Of a stretch of 64,000 nucleotides of DNA, positions 41,509-51,344 are shown in pieces (the stretch's first letter is position 1; every line of letters begins with the position of its first letter). The DNA comes from an uncultured Nitrososphaerota archaeon. Lineage in GTDB: Archaea > Thermoproteota > Nitrososphaeria > Nitrososphaerales > CADDZS01. The stretch is from NCBI GenBank assembly GCA_963799845.1, contig CAWCYI010000006.1, positions 992,001-1,056,000 on the forward strand, in the 5' to 3' direction. The position numbers and the translations under genes were made by a program. The notes under the pieces were generated by a model. It was not told where the DNA came from. It searched no databases and worked only from the letters and a program-made list of their open reading frames with translations.

Positions 41509-42783
41509 TTGCAGATCAAAAATTTGACCACTTAGACGTTCCTGCTAGTCAATGTGGATCCTCAGACCCAAACGGAGATGTTCAAGGAGTTGAAATCAAC
41601 TCAAAAAGTCAGGGAGGTTTATCTGATATGTGGAGTCTAGGTTCTGGTAACTATTCGGGACATAGAACCAAATTCTAAAGGTGTTAACTAGAGGGACATG
41701 ACGAATTTTAGATCTATGAGGAGTTTTGAGCATTCAACACAAACTCTTACGAATTTTCCTTCATATTGAATGGATTCCATGTCTCTAACTCTGGTTGTTT
41801 TGTCGCACCTATGGCACTTCGTTATACGATTCAAAGTGATCTCACTCAACTTGAGAGATGAAAGAGAGGTCTATTTCAACATGAAATAGCCAAGTTCTGG
41901 TAACCTATGGGGTGACATGAAAAGGGCTGTTAACCAGATAAACATGAGGATCCGACACGTTACAGTAGTCCAGCATTATATAACAGTACGGCGATGATCA
42001 CTATTATCACAAATATCAAAGGCAAAATATACAGCCAAGGCAATCCTTTCTCTTGCTTCTTTCGACGCCTTGCGCTGATATCTTTAGTCATGGTTCGTGA
42101 TCAAGTCTCTTTATCGAACGTCAATTAGCATACCATTTTCAAAAACAATTACCCTTGCGTTTTAGTGCGATGGCTTTTGATTTTCCATTCAGTCCTCTGA
42201 ATCCAAGTGATGAACTTCTGTTCATCTTCCTCTAAAGTGTAAAGAAATCTGAACGTTTATTGGTAATCATTTCGCAACACTTCTTGCAAGTTCCCGAAAT
42301 GTCTTAATGAGAAAAACAGGAAACAAGTATTTCTTGTTTTCCCAAAAAACGAGCATGGCAACGTTTTTCTCAAACGACAATTACAACTGGTTTGATCTCG
42401 ATAACCGCTTTCAGCCTCTCGCACAACCAATACTTCTCGTGAGCCAGAAGACCGTGAATCTCCAGCTCTATCGGCTATCGAAAATAAGTTTGCAATCAGG
42501 ACGCTTGACCAATTTCATGTTCTTACCTCCTGCCAATTCGAGAGATCAACTCTGTGATTATGAACGTTTGAGTAATATGATTTTGCCTATTTTTCTCACT
42601 TTCCAGGTAATCGTCTCTTTTACCATTTTCTGGGTTTCAGCTTCAATTTTACTCCTCCAAATATCCGAGAAATTGGAATTCGGATATCCGTCGCCGAGCA
42701 TATGACTTTAAGTTCAGTGCGGTAATTTCACAGTTTTCGACATCTTTTCGGAATAAATTTCTTCTTCATCAAGCGAAGGGGAT

Positions 42784-42827
42784 GGATTTAATCCCATAAT
42801 GGGTTCGAATCCCGTACATCGGCTCCA
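42784..42827 (+). other. Degenerate tRNA 3' fragment (Thr-like), possible att-site scar
   Basis: T-arm ATGGG-TTCGAAT-CCCGT followed by CATCGGC-T-CCA; no 5' half present. Confidence 0.55.
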
Positions 42828-42864
42828 CAAATTCTGCCAAAAACAAGTGAGGGGTGAATGTCCC

Positions 42865-43191
42865 TTACTCCAAACCCATGAACGTGTGAGCTTTGCTCTC
42901 GGACATTCCATTCCTTAATGTTACAATAGCATCGTTAGCTGGCATCGGAGCCCTCGGTCTTTCATCATCTAAGTTTCTGAGTAAGTAGCCATGGTCGCTT
43001 CTCAGGATGCCAATTTTCTTTTTAGTTTCTGGCAATTGGAATTTCGCTTCGAACAATGGAATGTCCAGAAGCATTGGCGTTATGCTGACCACTATCTTGA
43101 CTCTGTCATTCACTATTGTCACAGCTTCGACTTTCCCTACAACTTCCTGCCACTCATTCAGATGTATTGGATTGACTTGCATCTTGGTCAA
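42865..43191 (-). CDS. Hypothetical beta-rich protein next to the tRNA fragment
   Basis: 108-aa ORF; OB-like alternating pattern (EVVGKVEAV...KIGILRSD). Confidence 0.5.
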   Translation of the reverse strand: MTKMQVNPIHLNEWQEVVGKVEAVTIVNDRVKIVVSITPMLLDIPLFEAKFQLPETKKKIGILRSDHGYLLRNLDDERPRAPMPANDAIVTLRNGMSESKAHTFMGLE

Positions 43192-43213
43192 ACTGATCTT
43201 TGCACGGATTCAA

Positions 43214-43290
43214 TATTAGTAAAGGTCAATTTCATGTGCGGGGGTCCCACATCTCGCACTCGGGATTTACTTGTAAGTCCAAACCCAAAC
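43214..43290 (+). repeat. R3 3' module, copy c
   Basis: GTGCGGGGGTCCCACATCTCGCAC hairpin plus GATTTACTTGTAAGTCCAAACCCAAAC. Confidence 0.75.
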
Positions 43291-43528
43291 TATAACCAAA
43301 GCTGCAATGAGAAAGGAATCAGGAAATTAGTAACCACCATATAGGTAACCGCATAGAAGGTACTTATGATGAAGTCGAGTTAGTGTACGTGCAAACGCCC
43401 CAATCGGAAAATGAAGTTGAGTACCCCAGTGTCTCCGAAGTTGAAACATTAGTATCTGCGATTCATATGTGATCTGAATACAATATGTGTAAACAAATAT
43501 TATAAACATGCAAATGTGGTATCTATCC

Positions 43529-43753
43529 ATGTCGAGTGTCTACAGTATCAGAGTGCCTAAGAAGCTCAAGAAAGACATCGAAAGCTTGGATAATATTGAC
43601 TGGCAAAATGAGACTAGGACCTTTCTAGAGGAGAGAGTGAGAAAGGAGCGTATCGGTCGTCAACTCGAAGCAGCAAGAAAGAACAAGGAACGTATGAAGG
43701 TCACGCTCAATGTCGCCCAACTAATAAGAGAAGATCGGGAACGCGTTCGCTAA
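43529..43753 (+). CDS. Type II antitoxin (VapB, RHH-type)
   Basis: MSSVYSIRVPKKLK...IDWQNETR..AQLIREDRE, upstream of a PIN gene. Confidence 0.85.
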   Translation: MSSVYSIRVPKKLKKDIESLDNIDWQNETRTFLEERVRKERIGRQLEAARKNKERMKVTLNVAQLIREDRERVR

Positions 43754-43798
43754 GTGTAAGAGGAGGAGAACCACCTGGAAGGCCTCCCTCCTAGTGCT

Positions 43799-44227
43799 TT
43801 GCAATCTTCAGTTATCGTCCTTGATTCATCCGCAATTGCATCGATTTTCTTCAAAGACAAGTCTGAACAGCGTGTTGCCCAAGTTATCAAAGGATATGAC
43901 AAATTCTCAACTGTAGACGTGGCCTATGCTGGGGTTGGAAGTGTTGCTTGGAAAAGTGTGGTACTATTCAAGGAAAAGATTGAACTAAGTCATTTAGCTC
44001 CCAAGCAAGCACTAGATTTCATTCAGGATAACTGTGAGGTGGTGTCAAGCAGGGAACTCTTGAACCAAGCATTTGAACTGGGAACAAAATGCAACTTACA
44101 GATCTACGATTCCTTGTTCCTCGTTCTAGCGAAGCAATTGAGAACCAATGTTCTTACGACCGATGAGAAGTTGTGCAATAAAATAAACTCGATCAAGGAA
44201 CTGCGCGGAATTACGGTTTTACCTTGA
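43799..44227 (+). CDS. VapC PIN toxin (second acidic residue appears to be Gly)
   Basis: IVLDSSA, IYDSLF, LTTDEKL. Confidence 0.85.
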   Translation: MQSSVIVLDSSAIASIFFKDKSEQRVAQVIKGYDKFSTVDVAYAGVGSVAWKSVVLFKEKIELSHLAPKQALDFIQDNCEVVSSRELLNQAFELGTKCNLQIYDSLFLVLAKQLRTNVLTTDEKLCNKINSIKELRGITVLP

Positions 44228-44682
44228 AAGAGTTGACTAGATAGAAAGCAAGGGGGCAAATTCGGTTTCTCAGTAGATGTGATGATTTTTTGGATTTTAA
44301 ACTAGACCGTTTGTCCTTTCGTGACTTGCTGCCGAACTAGTCCGTGCGGCGGTGAAATATTGGCTAGCCAGAATCAGCGTAATAACTGTGAAGATTAAGA
44401 GCGAGCAATTTTCAAACTGGGATGGCTGCGGGAATTTTCTGGTTAAGCTTTCCAAATTTCCATATCGAAAATCGGGATTTAAGTGGTTCGTGCGTGAGCA
44501 CACTCAAAAATTGATGATCTAGAAATATACGAGCTCCAACTGCTAAGAACGCGGAAATTACAAACGTGTCCCCACGCCAAGACTTGGACAGGGGGTAGCA
44601 CTATACAAGTTAGATCGACTACACTTGGCCCAGAAAAAATCACAAAATCATGAAATAGCCAAGTCTCATTAAATTCACAAAA

Positions 44683-45717
44683 ATGGAACCATACATCGCA
44701 GTCTGCGTCCAGAGTCGGATCGCAGACGCAAGGAACAAAGCTGACGTCATCGTCAACGCGAAGCACATCTCAGAATGGATCGACGCTGCAAATTATGTCA
44801 ACTCGATGGAAGGCACCGTCAAGATTGTCGCATTCCCAGAAGGAGCTCTCCAGGGTTTTCCAGATGAAGGTCTGGGAGCAATGAATCCTGACGATTACTA
44901 CGAGAAAGTAGCGATTGATGTTCCTGGAGAGATCACCGACCTGGTCGGAGAAGCGGCGAAGAAGAACAACACGTTTGTCCTGGTTCAAGCGAGAGTAAAG
45001 CTTCCTGAATTCACGGGAGATTATTTCAACGCCGCCCTTATGATCTCTCCAGCTGGAAGGGTAATCTATTCTACCTACAAACACGCTGTTTACGTTTCGG
45101 AACCCTCGACGACTCCGCATGATGTCTATGAAAAATGGGTGAGCACCTTTGGAGAAGATTCATTCTTTCCGGTTGCGAAGACCGAAGAAATTGGAAATTA
45201 TGGAGGAGTAATCTGCTTTGAGAGAGACTTTCCCGAAAGCGCGAGGGGATATGCTCTAAACGGAGCGGAGGTGCTCTACATGCCGAGCGGCCTTGAGCCT
45301 AGAGTAGCTCGCGGAATCTGGGATCTCCAGAGCAGGAGTCGAGCCTTGGATAACACGTGCTTTGTTTTGGCTCCAAACTGCGGCCCCTTTTACTCTGACG
45401 TCCAAAAGAAGAGCTGGAAGCCTGGATTTATTTGCGGAGGAAGATCAATGATAGTCGGCTATCTTGGTGAGGTTCTCGCTCAGGCGGTCGATTCGCAGGA
45501 GGCGTTTGTCGCCGCTCCGATCAATATCGATGCTCTAAGATATCACAGGAAGACCTCAACCAGGTTTAACCCGCTGATAAACCTCAAAACCGAGATCTAT
45601 TCTGGAATATACAAAAAGTCAATTTATCCACCCAACACCCGACCCAGGTCACGCTCAGAAAGAGAGCAAGCTCTTAGGCTTTCAAAGGAAAGACTTGAGA
45701 AAATGAAAGTCATTTAG
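44683..45717 (+). CDS. Nitrilase-superfamily carbon-nitrogen hydrolase
   Basis: E-K-C triad: FPEG, YKH, ICFE..FPESAR. Confidence 0.9.
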   Translation: MEPYIAVCVQSRIADARNKADVIVNAKHISEWIDAANYVNSMEGTVKIVAFPEGALQGFPDEGLGAMNPDDYYEKVAIDVPGEITDLVGEAAKKNNTFVLVQARVKLPEFTGDYFNAALMISPAGRVIYSTYKHAVYVSEPSTTPHDVYEKWVSTFGEDSFFPVAKTEEIGNYGGVICFERDFPESARGYALNGAEVLYMPSGLEPRVARGIWDLQSRSRALDNTCFVLAPNCGPFYSDVQKKSWKPGFICGGRSMIVGYLGEVLAQAVDSQEAFVAAPINIDALRYHRKTSTRFNPLINLKTEIYSGIYKKSIYPPNTRPRSRSEREQALRLSKERLEKMKVI

Positions 45718-45760
45718 GACAGCCGCGAGTTTCTGTCTAAGAATCGACAATCCGGTCAGC

Positions 45761-46132
45761 TCAGATCCACTTTACGTGGGGGAGACCCCTGAAGTGCTCA
45801 TCGCTAGTACATAGCTGTATTTCGAAACGACGGGCCGTTGCATAGATCAATGCGTCTGAGAAATGAAGCCCGTACTCCAAGCTATAATCAGCCGCTTCCA
45901 GCGAAAGTGTGTCGTCAACGGGCACTACGTGAGTCTGCGTAAGTGCTGCGACATTTTCCAATGCGATTTGCTCGCCTTTTATCTTCTTTACCTTCCTGTA
46001 CACATCGTACAGCACGACTACCGATGTAACTATCTCGGCCGGTCGAGTTTGGTCTATTATCTCATTATACTTATTGGCCTTTGGGCCGTTTGTAAATCGC
46101 TCGATCCAGCCGTAACTATCGATAGCAATCAT
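45761..46132 (-). CDS. VapC PIN toxin
   Basis: IDSYGWIE, LHFSDALIYATA, TSDEHF. Confidence 0.9.
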   Translation of the reverse strand: MIAIDSYGWIERFTNGPKANKYNEIIDQTRPAEIVTSVVVLYDVYRKVKKIKGEQIALENVAALTQTHVVPVDDTLSLEAADYSLEYGLHFSDALIYATARRFEIQLCTSDEHFRGLPHVKWI

Positions 46133-46338
46133 TCAGGATCAGTTTCATCACGGAGCTCTTTTGTATCCAATCCAGGAGTCATGCCCTTGGTTTCTTTGAG
46201 AGACCGCACTGGAATGTAGTGAAGGATTTTGTGTTTTGAAATCGCGATCATTTTGTCCCCGGGCTTGATTCCGGCCTCTTTGCGCAGCTTCTCTGGAATT
46301 ACTACTTGATACTTTTTTGATACCTTCACTGTCTCCAT
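46129..46338 (-). CDS. AbrB/MazE-type antitoxin
   Basis: VKVSKKYQVVIPEKLRKEAGIKPGD; ATGA overlap with the toxin. Confidence 0.92.
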   Translation of the reverse strand: METVKVSKKYQVVIPEKLRKEAGIKPGDKMIAISKHKILHYIPVRSLKETKGMTPGLDTKELRDETDPE

Positions 46339-46352
46339 GGTTCGCCCTATCG

Positions 46353-46402
46353 TAATACGTTGGATGTATCGATTAATACGTTGGATGTATCGATTAATAC
46401 GT
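46353..46402. repeat. 21-bp tandem duplication in the TA promoter
   Basis: TAATACGTTGGATGTATCGAT twice plus TAATACGT. Confidence 0.9.
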
Positions 46403-46679
46403 ATTGCGATCGTTGCTCTCTTCGATAGCCGATTTCCGAAAGAGTCTTGGTGACTTCAGAAGTGATCGACATTCTTACGAGCTACCGATAACAGGAATTC
46501 AATAGATTCCCCATGTATGATACTGCCTCACCAGCAGAAAAGTCCTCGAAACCAATGGAAAATTTCCGCTCTCGGCGTCTTGCGACCCACGTTGGATGAA
46601 TGTACTTAAACAAACGATGCAAATATCACGAAAATCAATCCATAAATATCCTCACACACATATATACACAGACTAGCTT

Positions 46680-46892
46680 TTGGGAACGAGGAATATCTCA
46701 ATATCCGACGAGGCTTATTCTAGACTCGCCGCACAAAAGAAAGAAAACGAGAGCTTCACTGATGTAGTTAACCGATTGACTGGCAAGCGATCGATCCTGG
46801 AGCTTGCGGGAATCCTCACAAAAGCTGAGGGCAAGGAGATTGCTTCCCGTATCGAAAAAGTGAGAAGGGAAAGCCGACGGAGAATTTCTTGA
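46680..46892 (+). CDS. VapB antitoxin (DUF217-like)
   Basis: TRNISISDEAYSRL..KKENESFTDVVNRL. Confidence 0.9.
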   Translation: MGTRNISISDEAYSRLAAQKKENESFTDVVNRLTGKRSILELAGILTKAEGKEIASRIEKVRRESRRRIS

Positions 46893-47302
46893 CGGGGATT
46901 GTGAATTTTACGCTAGCAGATACTACATTTCTAATAGATCTCATGGTAAATGATCCGAATGCTCTGGAAAAGGCGACCCAGCTTGAACAAGCTGGCATAT
47001 CTATTTCCGTGGGGACGCCAACGGTCTTTGAACTGTATGTCGGCGTATCGTTGAGCAAAAAGGCCCAGAAAGAAAAATCAAAAATAATTTCGACACTTTC
47101 TGCGATGGCACAGGTCCCACTCGATCGCGAGTCAGCAATTGCCGCCGGTTCTATCTATGGAGACAAAAAGAGGATCGGCGCCACGATCGATCCCGAAGAT
47201 GCAATGCTGGCGGGCATTTCAAAGGCAAGGGGCGAGCCGGTCATTACTCGAAACCTTAAGCATTTTTCCAACATCGACGGAGTCAAGGTCGAAACTTACT
47301 GA
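46889..47302 (+). CDS. VapC PIN toxin
   Basis: ADTTFLIDL, VFEL, EDAMLAG, TRNLKHF. Confidence 0.9.
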   Translation: MTGIVNFTLADTTFLIDLMVNDPNALEKATQLEQAGISISVGTPTVFELYVGVSLSKKAQKEKSKIISTLSAMAQVPLDRESAIAAGSIYGDKKRIGATIDPEDAMLAGISKARGEPVITRNLKHFSNIDGVKVETY

Positions 47303-47654
47303 CAGCTCACTTATTCTCTTTAGATTCTCACGTGGACGCGTAAAAGGCGAGCTAGGGAAAACTGGTGAACACTTGGGCTAAAAGTAACACTTGAGAGCTT
47401 CACTCCTTTTCGATGATAACCGTCGGTACACGTACTCTACGGGTGAAATTTGTTTCGACCTTTTGAAATCCAATTTATTTTTTTAATCCTCAAAACTGAT
47501 ATTCCAAATTTTCATTGTATTTGCCAAAGCCAGAGATGTTGGGATGAGTCTTTGAACTTCAAACCGTTGATCTCTTCTGGCATCTAGTGTTTGTGTCATC
47601 CCCTTAACTTAACTACTGAAAGTAGCCTTCAAAATCAACATCGGAGTTTGTGCT

Positions 47655-48081
47655 TTGTCCGCAGATGATTCACGAATCGCTCTATTCGAAGCGATACCGC
47701 TCTTCAGGGGTCTGAGTAAAGATGAATTGAAGGAAGTTTCGGACGGCTCTAAGGAAATGAGCTTTCAAACTGGAAACGCGATAGTCAAAGAGGGAGATTC
47801 GGGCCTGGGATTCTACATCATGGTAGACGGAGAGGCCGTTGTGAAGCGCAAGGGCAAGACGCTGTCCAAATTGAAAAGGGGAAGTTTCTTCGGCGAAATG
47901 GCGCTCATCGATGATCAGCCGAGATCGGCCGATGTTGTCGCGACGGAGCCAACAAAGTGCTTCGTTTTGATGAGATGGAATTTTTGGTCAATTGTCTCGA
48001 AGAAGCCCATGATAGACTCGCGGACTGCTTCAAGAGATGGCGCGACGCGTGCGAGCAACGAACAAAGCATTGACTGACTAG
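47655..48081 (+). CDS. Stand-alone cyclic-nucleotide-binding domain protein (1-nt indel near 48016)
   Basis: IPLFRGL, IVKEGD, GSFFGEMALIDDQPRSADV phosphate-binding cassette; corrected tail ARGLLQEMARRVR. Confidence 0.9.
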
Positions 48082-48159
48082 CGCCGGAAGCTCCGAATTA
48101 CAAAGAGATAGCTCTGAAAAAAGTTAAGACACCCAGAGCTTCGTTCCTGATCGCAGCAG

Positions 48160-50838
48160 ATGTCCGTTCGTTCGGTTGACTTGAGTTCATTTTATGAGCT
48201 TCTATACAATCCCGGCTATGCACCCGAGCGATCGCCAAAAGGGCATATTGAGAACCTGACCGTGGACGGGAAACCCGCCTTCATTTTGATGAATGAGGGA
48301 ACCGGGCAGTACTTCGAAGTGGATGAGACAACCAACGCCATCTGGAACCTGATGAATGGCAAGAACACACTAAACCAGATCTACGAAGAAGCAGTAAAAT
48401 TGGACGATTCCCTCACCGAAAAGGAAGTCAAGGATATCGTTGTTTCTTTTGCTGAAGAAGGTCTGGTAGAGTCAACCGAGCCTGAAGTCGAAGAAAAAAG
48501 GGTCAGAATAGTATCGGCGTTTCAGCTCGACATCAGTCTCTTGAAAGACTGCTCGAAGACACTTTCCGGATTTTTCAAAGTGACTCGCAAGTTGATCAAA
48601 AAACCGGAACTCTGGATCGCCATCGGAATCGTTATCGTGGGCTCCGTGCTTTTTGTTGGGAGCTTTTTACAGATTTTCTCAAACCCGAGCGATTTCGCTG
48701 TCCTCGGTTCGATCCTGCTCGGCTTGTTTTTTTATGATTCGATAATACTTTTGCCTGTATATCTGATTCACGAGCTTGCGCATGCTGTGGCGTGCGATTA
48801 TTACGGCGGAAAGCCTCGCGAAATTGGAACTGGTCTGTACTATCTCACTCCATTCTTTTACTGCGACACCTCCGACTCCTGGAGACTGGGAAGAAGGGCT
48901 AGGATAATGATATCCATCGCTGGACCTCTATCGACGTTGGTTATAGGATCGCTTTTCGTCTTTGCCACATATTTCCTCCCTCCCGGGTTTAGCAGAAACG
49001 TGCTTCAGATTTCGGCCTTTTTCTGTTTCTACGGGACCCTCATCAACTTCTCACCCTTTATCGAAACAGATGGCTACTACATAATTTCAGACATTTTGAA
49101 TATTCCTAACTTAAGAGACGAATCTTTCAGATATCTGAAAACAAAATTGTTAGGCCTTCTTGGTAGACCCGTAACTCAAGCGAGGTACAGCAAAGCTAAG
49201 AAGCGGATTTTTCTGATTTTTGCCCTCATCAGCTTCGGTTGGCTCTTATTCTTCGGCTATACCACGATCCGCTTGACATATCTCTATGGTCAAGACGCCT
49301 ACCGTGCGTTGTTAAATCTGCTCGAGACTTTGTTTAGACTACACCCCTTCAGCCTGACCGCGGTCGTTGTAAGTGCGGCAGCGGTGACTTACTTTGCACT
49401 CCTAGTGTCTGGATATTTCGTGATGGGAGTCGTAGGTTACAAGAAATTGCAAATGGGAAAGGTGAAGCTAGAGACAATCCATGACAAAAGGGTAGCGATT
49501 TTCCTTCCACTTCCGGCCTTTCTTCAACGTGATCAGGTTGCGGAACTTCTCAGCAACGCCAAGAAGATATCTCGCAAGTTCTCTCGCTCTTTTTCAGTCA
49601 TATGGGAGCCGCCGCTTAGCGTTGTCAGCATGAAACTTGGTAAAGTGGATCAAAGCCTGGACGATCTACGAAAGGATATGCTCACCGTAGAGCAATCATT
49701 CAAATCAGCACACAATAGTTTTCTTTCAAAAAAATTGAACAACTTCTTGACGGAAGGAGCTGATAGCAAGAAAATAGTTCGCGAGTATCTTAACGAGCTG
49801 GCAGATCAATTTCCCCCCTTTGAGCGGAGTGTCACTGTCCGGCAAGTTCCAAGGTTTCTCAAAGAGCAAAATGCACAGATTAGTTATCTTGTCCGGTCGG
49901 CGTTTGGGACTGTCTGGACACTGGAGCTGCCACCAAAAGATTACTCCAGATTAAGGCGCGATCTGTTCCCAAGCTTAATTGCCGAAGACCTTGCAGTGAT
50001 CGAGTCTGAAAGTGGACTCGAACACTTCAAAATTCATACCGTTTTCGGCTTGGATGCGTTAGCCAAGCTCTCTTTTGAAATCGAGAAAGATGTGAGTCAG
50101 GTTTACAGGCGGCCCGAGGTCTATCAAGCTACAGCCTTTATCGAACCGATCAGGAGCAGCCTAGTCTTCGTCGGAAGAACTGAAGGAGTGGAAGGCTCGA
50201 CAGTTTGGCTGGGCGGCCTGTTTCTGTATCAGGCCTGGGTCGGATATATCAGCGAGATTTTGTATGAATCCACGCTCGGATTAAGGTCAATCAGGCAAGC
50301 CCAATCTCACTCGTTCACGAAATCCCAAATGGCGAAACTCCTGGATCTGGAGATTGAAAAGCTGAGAAAAGACATGGATCAACTAAAGGGTCTGAAGAGA
50401 GCAGTCGACGCGTCCGTTGACAGGATAAGGAGCACTTTTCAGAGCGCAAGAAATTTTCACGATTCTCTCGTTTCCCTGCTCACCCAACAGAACTTCGACG
50501 TTGGATTGTACAGGCCCATTCTTACGACAAATGAAGACCGCCTGGCTAACGTCAAAGAGAAGATCCAGATGTTTCAAGATGAGTTCAACGGGGTGCTCGA
50601 CCTACTAGGCAAGATTACCGAAACGATTGACGAACTGTATGTGAAAAGGCAAGCTAATCTGCAAGATTCTACCGCGAAGAAAACTGGATATAGTGATTCT
50701 ATTTTCTCAAAGCTTCATATCGGCAACAAACCAGAGTCGTACCAACATACACCACCGTACGATTCCGCTGTCAAAGTATTATTCGCCACAGCTCGCTTGA
50801 CGTACAATGTCGTCCTTGTCAGTGATATTGTAATATGA
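48160..50838 (+). CDS. PqqD/RRE - M50 (site-2) intramembrane metalloprotease - unknown coiled-coil domain fusion
   Basis: N-terminal PqqD pattern (QYFEVDETTNAIWNLMNGKNTLNQI..FAEEGLV); HELAH; YCDTSDSW; AGP; NFSPFIETDGYY; ~450-aa soluble tail. Confidence 0.85.
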   Translation: MSVRSVDLSSFYELLYNPGYAPERSPKGHIENLTVDGKPAFILMNEGTGQYFEVDETTNAIWNLMNGKNTLNQIYEEAVKLDDSLTEKEVKDIVVSFAEEGLVESTEPEVEEKRVRIVSAFQLDISLLKDCSKTLSGFFKVTRKLIKKPELWIAIGIVIVGSVLFVGSFLQIFSNPSDFAVLGSILLGLFFYDSIILLPVYLIHELAHAVACDYYGGKPREIGTGLYYLTPFFYCDTSDSWRLGRRARIMISIAGPLSTLVIGSLFVFATYFLPPGFSRNVLQISAFFCFYGTLINFSPFIETDGYYIISDILNIPNLRDESFRYLKTKLLGLLGRPVTQARYSKAKKRIFLIFALISFGWLLFFGYTTIRLTYLYGQDAYRALLNLLETLFRLHPFSLTAVVVSAAAVTYFALLVSGYFVMGVVGYKKLQMGKVKLETIHDKRVAIFLPLPAFLQRDQVAELLSNAKKISRKFSRSFSVIWEPPLSVVSMKLGKVDQSLDDLRKDMLTVEQSFKSAHNSFLSKKLNNFLTEGADSKKIVREYLNELADQFPPFERSVTVRQVPRFLKEQNAQISYLVRSAFGTVWTLELPPKDYSRLRRDLFPSLIAEDLAVIESESGLEHFKIHTVFGLDALAKLSFEIEKDVSQVYRRPEVYQATAFIEPIRSSLVFVGRTEGVEGSTVWLGGLFLYQAWVGYISEILYESTLGLRSIRQAQSHSFTKSQMAKLLDLEIEKLRKDMDQLKGLKRAVDASVDRIRSTFQSARNFHDSLVSLLTQQNFDVGLYRPILTTNEDRLANVKEKIQMFQDEFNGVLDLLGKITETIDELYVKRQANLQDSTAKKTGYSDSIFSKLHIGNKPESYQHTPPYDSAVKVLFATARLTYNVVLVSDIVI

Positions 50839-50955
50839 CAAGCGGGCGGGCTCAGCACTTTATTTCGGGATATCTTCCTGTGAGAATGGGGCGTTCTTGA
50901 AAGTAACCAATCTTTGGGGAAGGGTAAAAACTTCGATACGGAGTTTTAACTTTCT

Positions 50956-51150
50956 TCAATGAACCAGACTTTCCTTGAGACAAGCCAAGATGAGTAAGAT
51001 TTTTGCGCAGGTTACAAGAAACGCGAAAAAGAAAAAGAAACGGAGAGACGTACGTCGTCCCTCCGTGATACGCCGAGCGATTGCTAACGTAGGCCTTTTA
51101 CGGACTTGTTCTGTCTTTTCTTTCAGCTTCTTGATTCTTTTTTCAGCCAT
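50956..51150 (-). CDS. 64-aa peptide with Lys/Arg-rich N-half and Phe-rich hydrophobic C-half (candidate protease substrate or precursor)
   Basis: ATG start, TATA-like ATATATTT ~40 nt upstream, divergent from TrmB and convergent with the M50 gene. Confidence 0.5.
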   Translation of the reverse strand: MAEKRIKKLKEKTEQVRKRPTLAIARRITEGRRTSLRFFFFFAFLVTCAKILLILACLKESLVH

Positions 51151-51344
51151 TTCTTAATTCAGCGAGCTTACAAGATACACCCGTGAAATATATCTGCTCC
51201 TACCACTGGCGAAACTGAGCAGTAGTAAAAATTTGGCTCTGCCAATCTGGCCAGAATTAGAATGCATATATTCGATGCGTTATTTCACAAACGAGTAGCC
51301 GGACATTCTTTATCCATTGGCGCTAGGAGATTGATCTACAGCTG

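Noticed and set aside
42784-42827. Functional tRNA gene
   Set aside because: No D-arm or 5' acceptor strand, and the anticodon arm is damaged; kept only as a scar.
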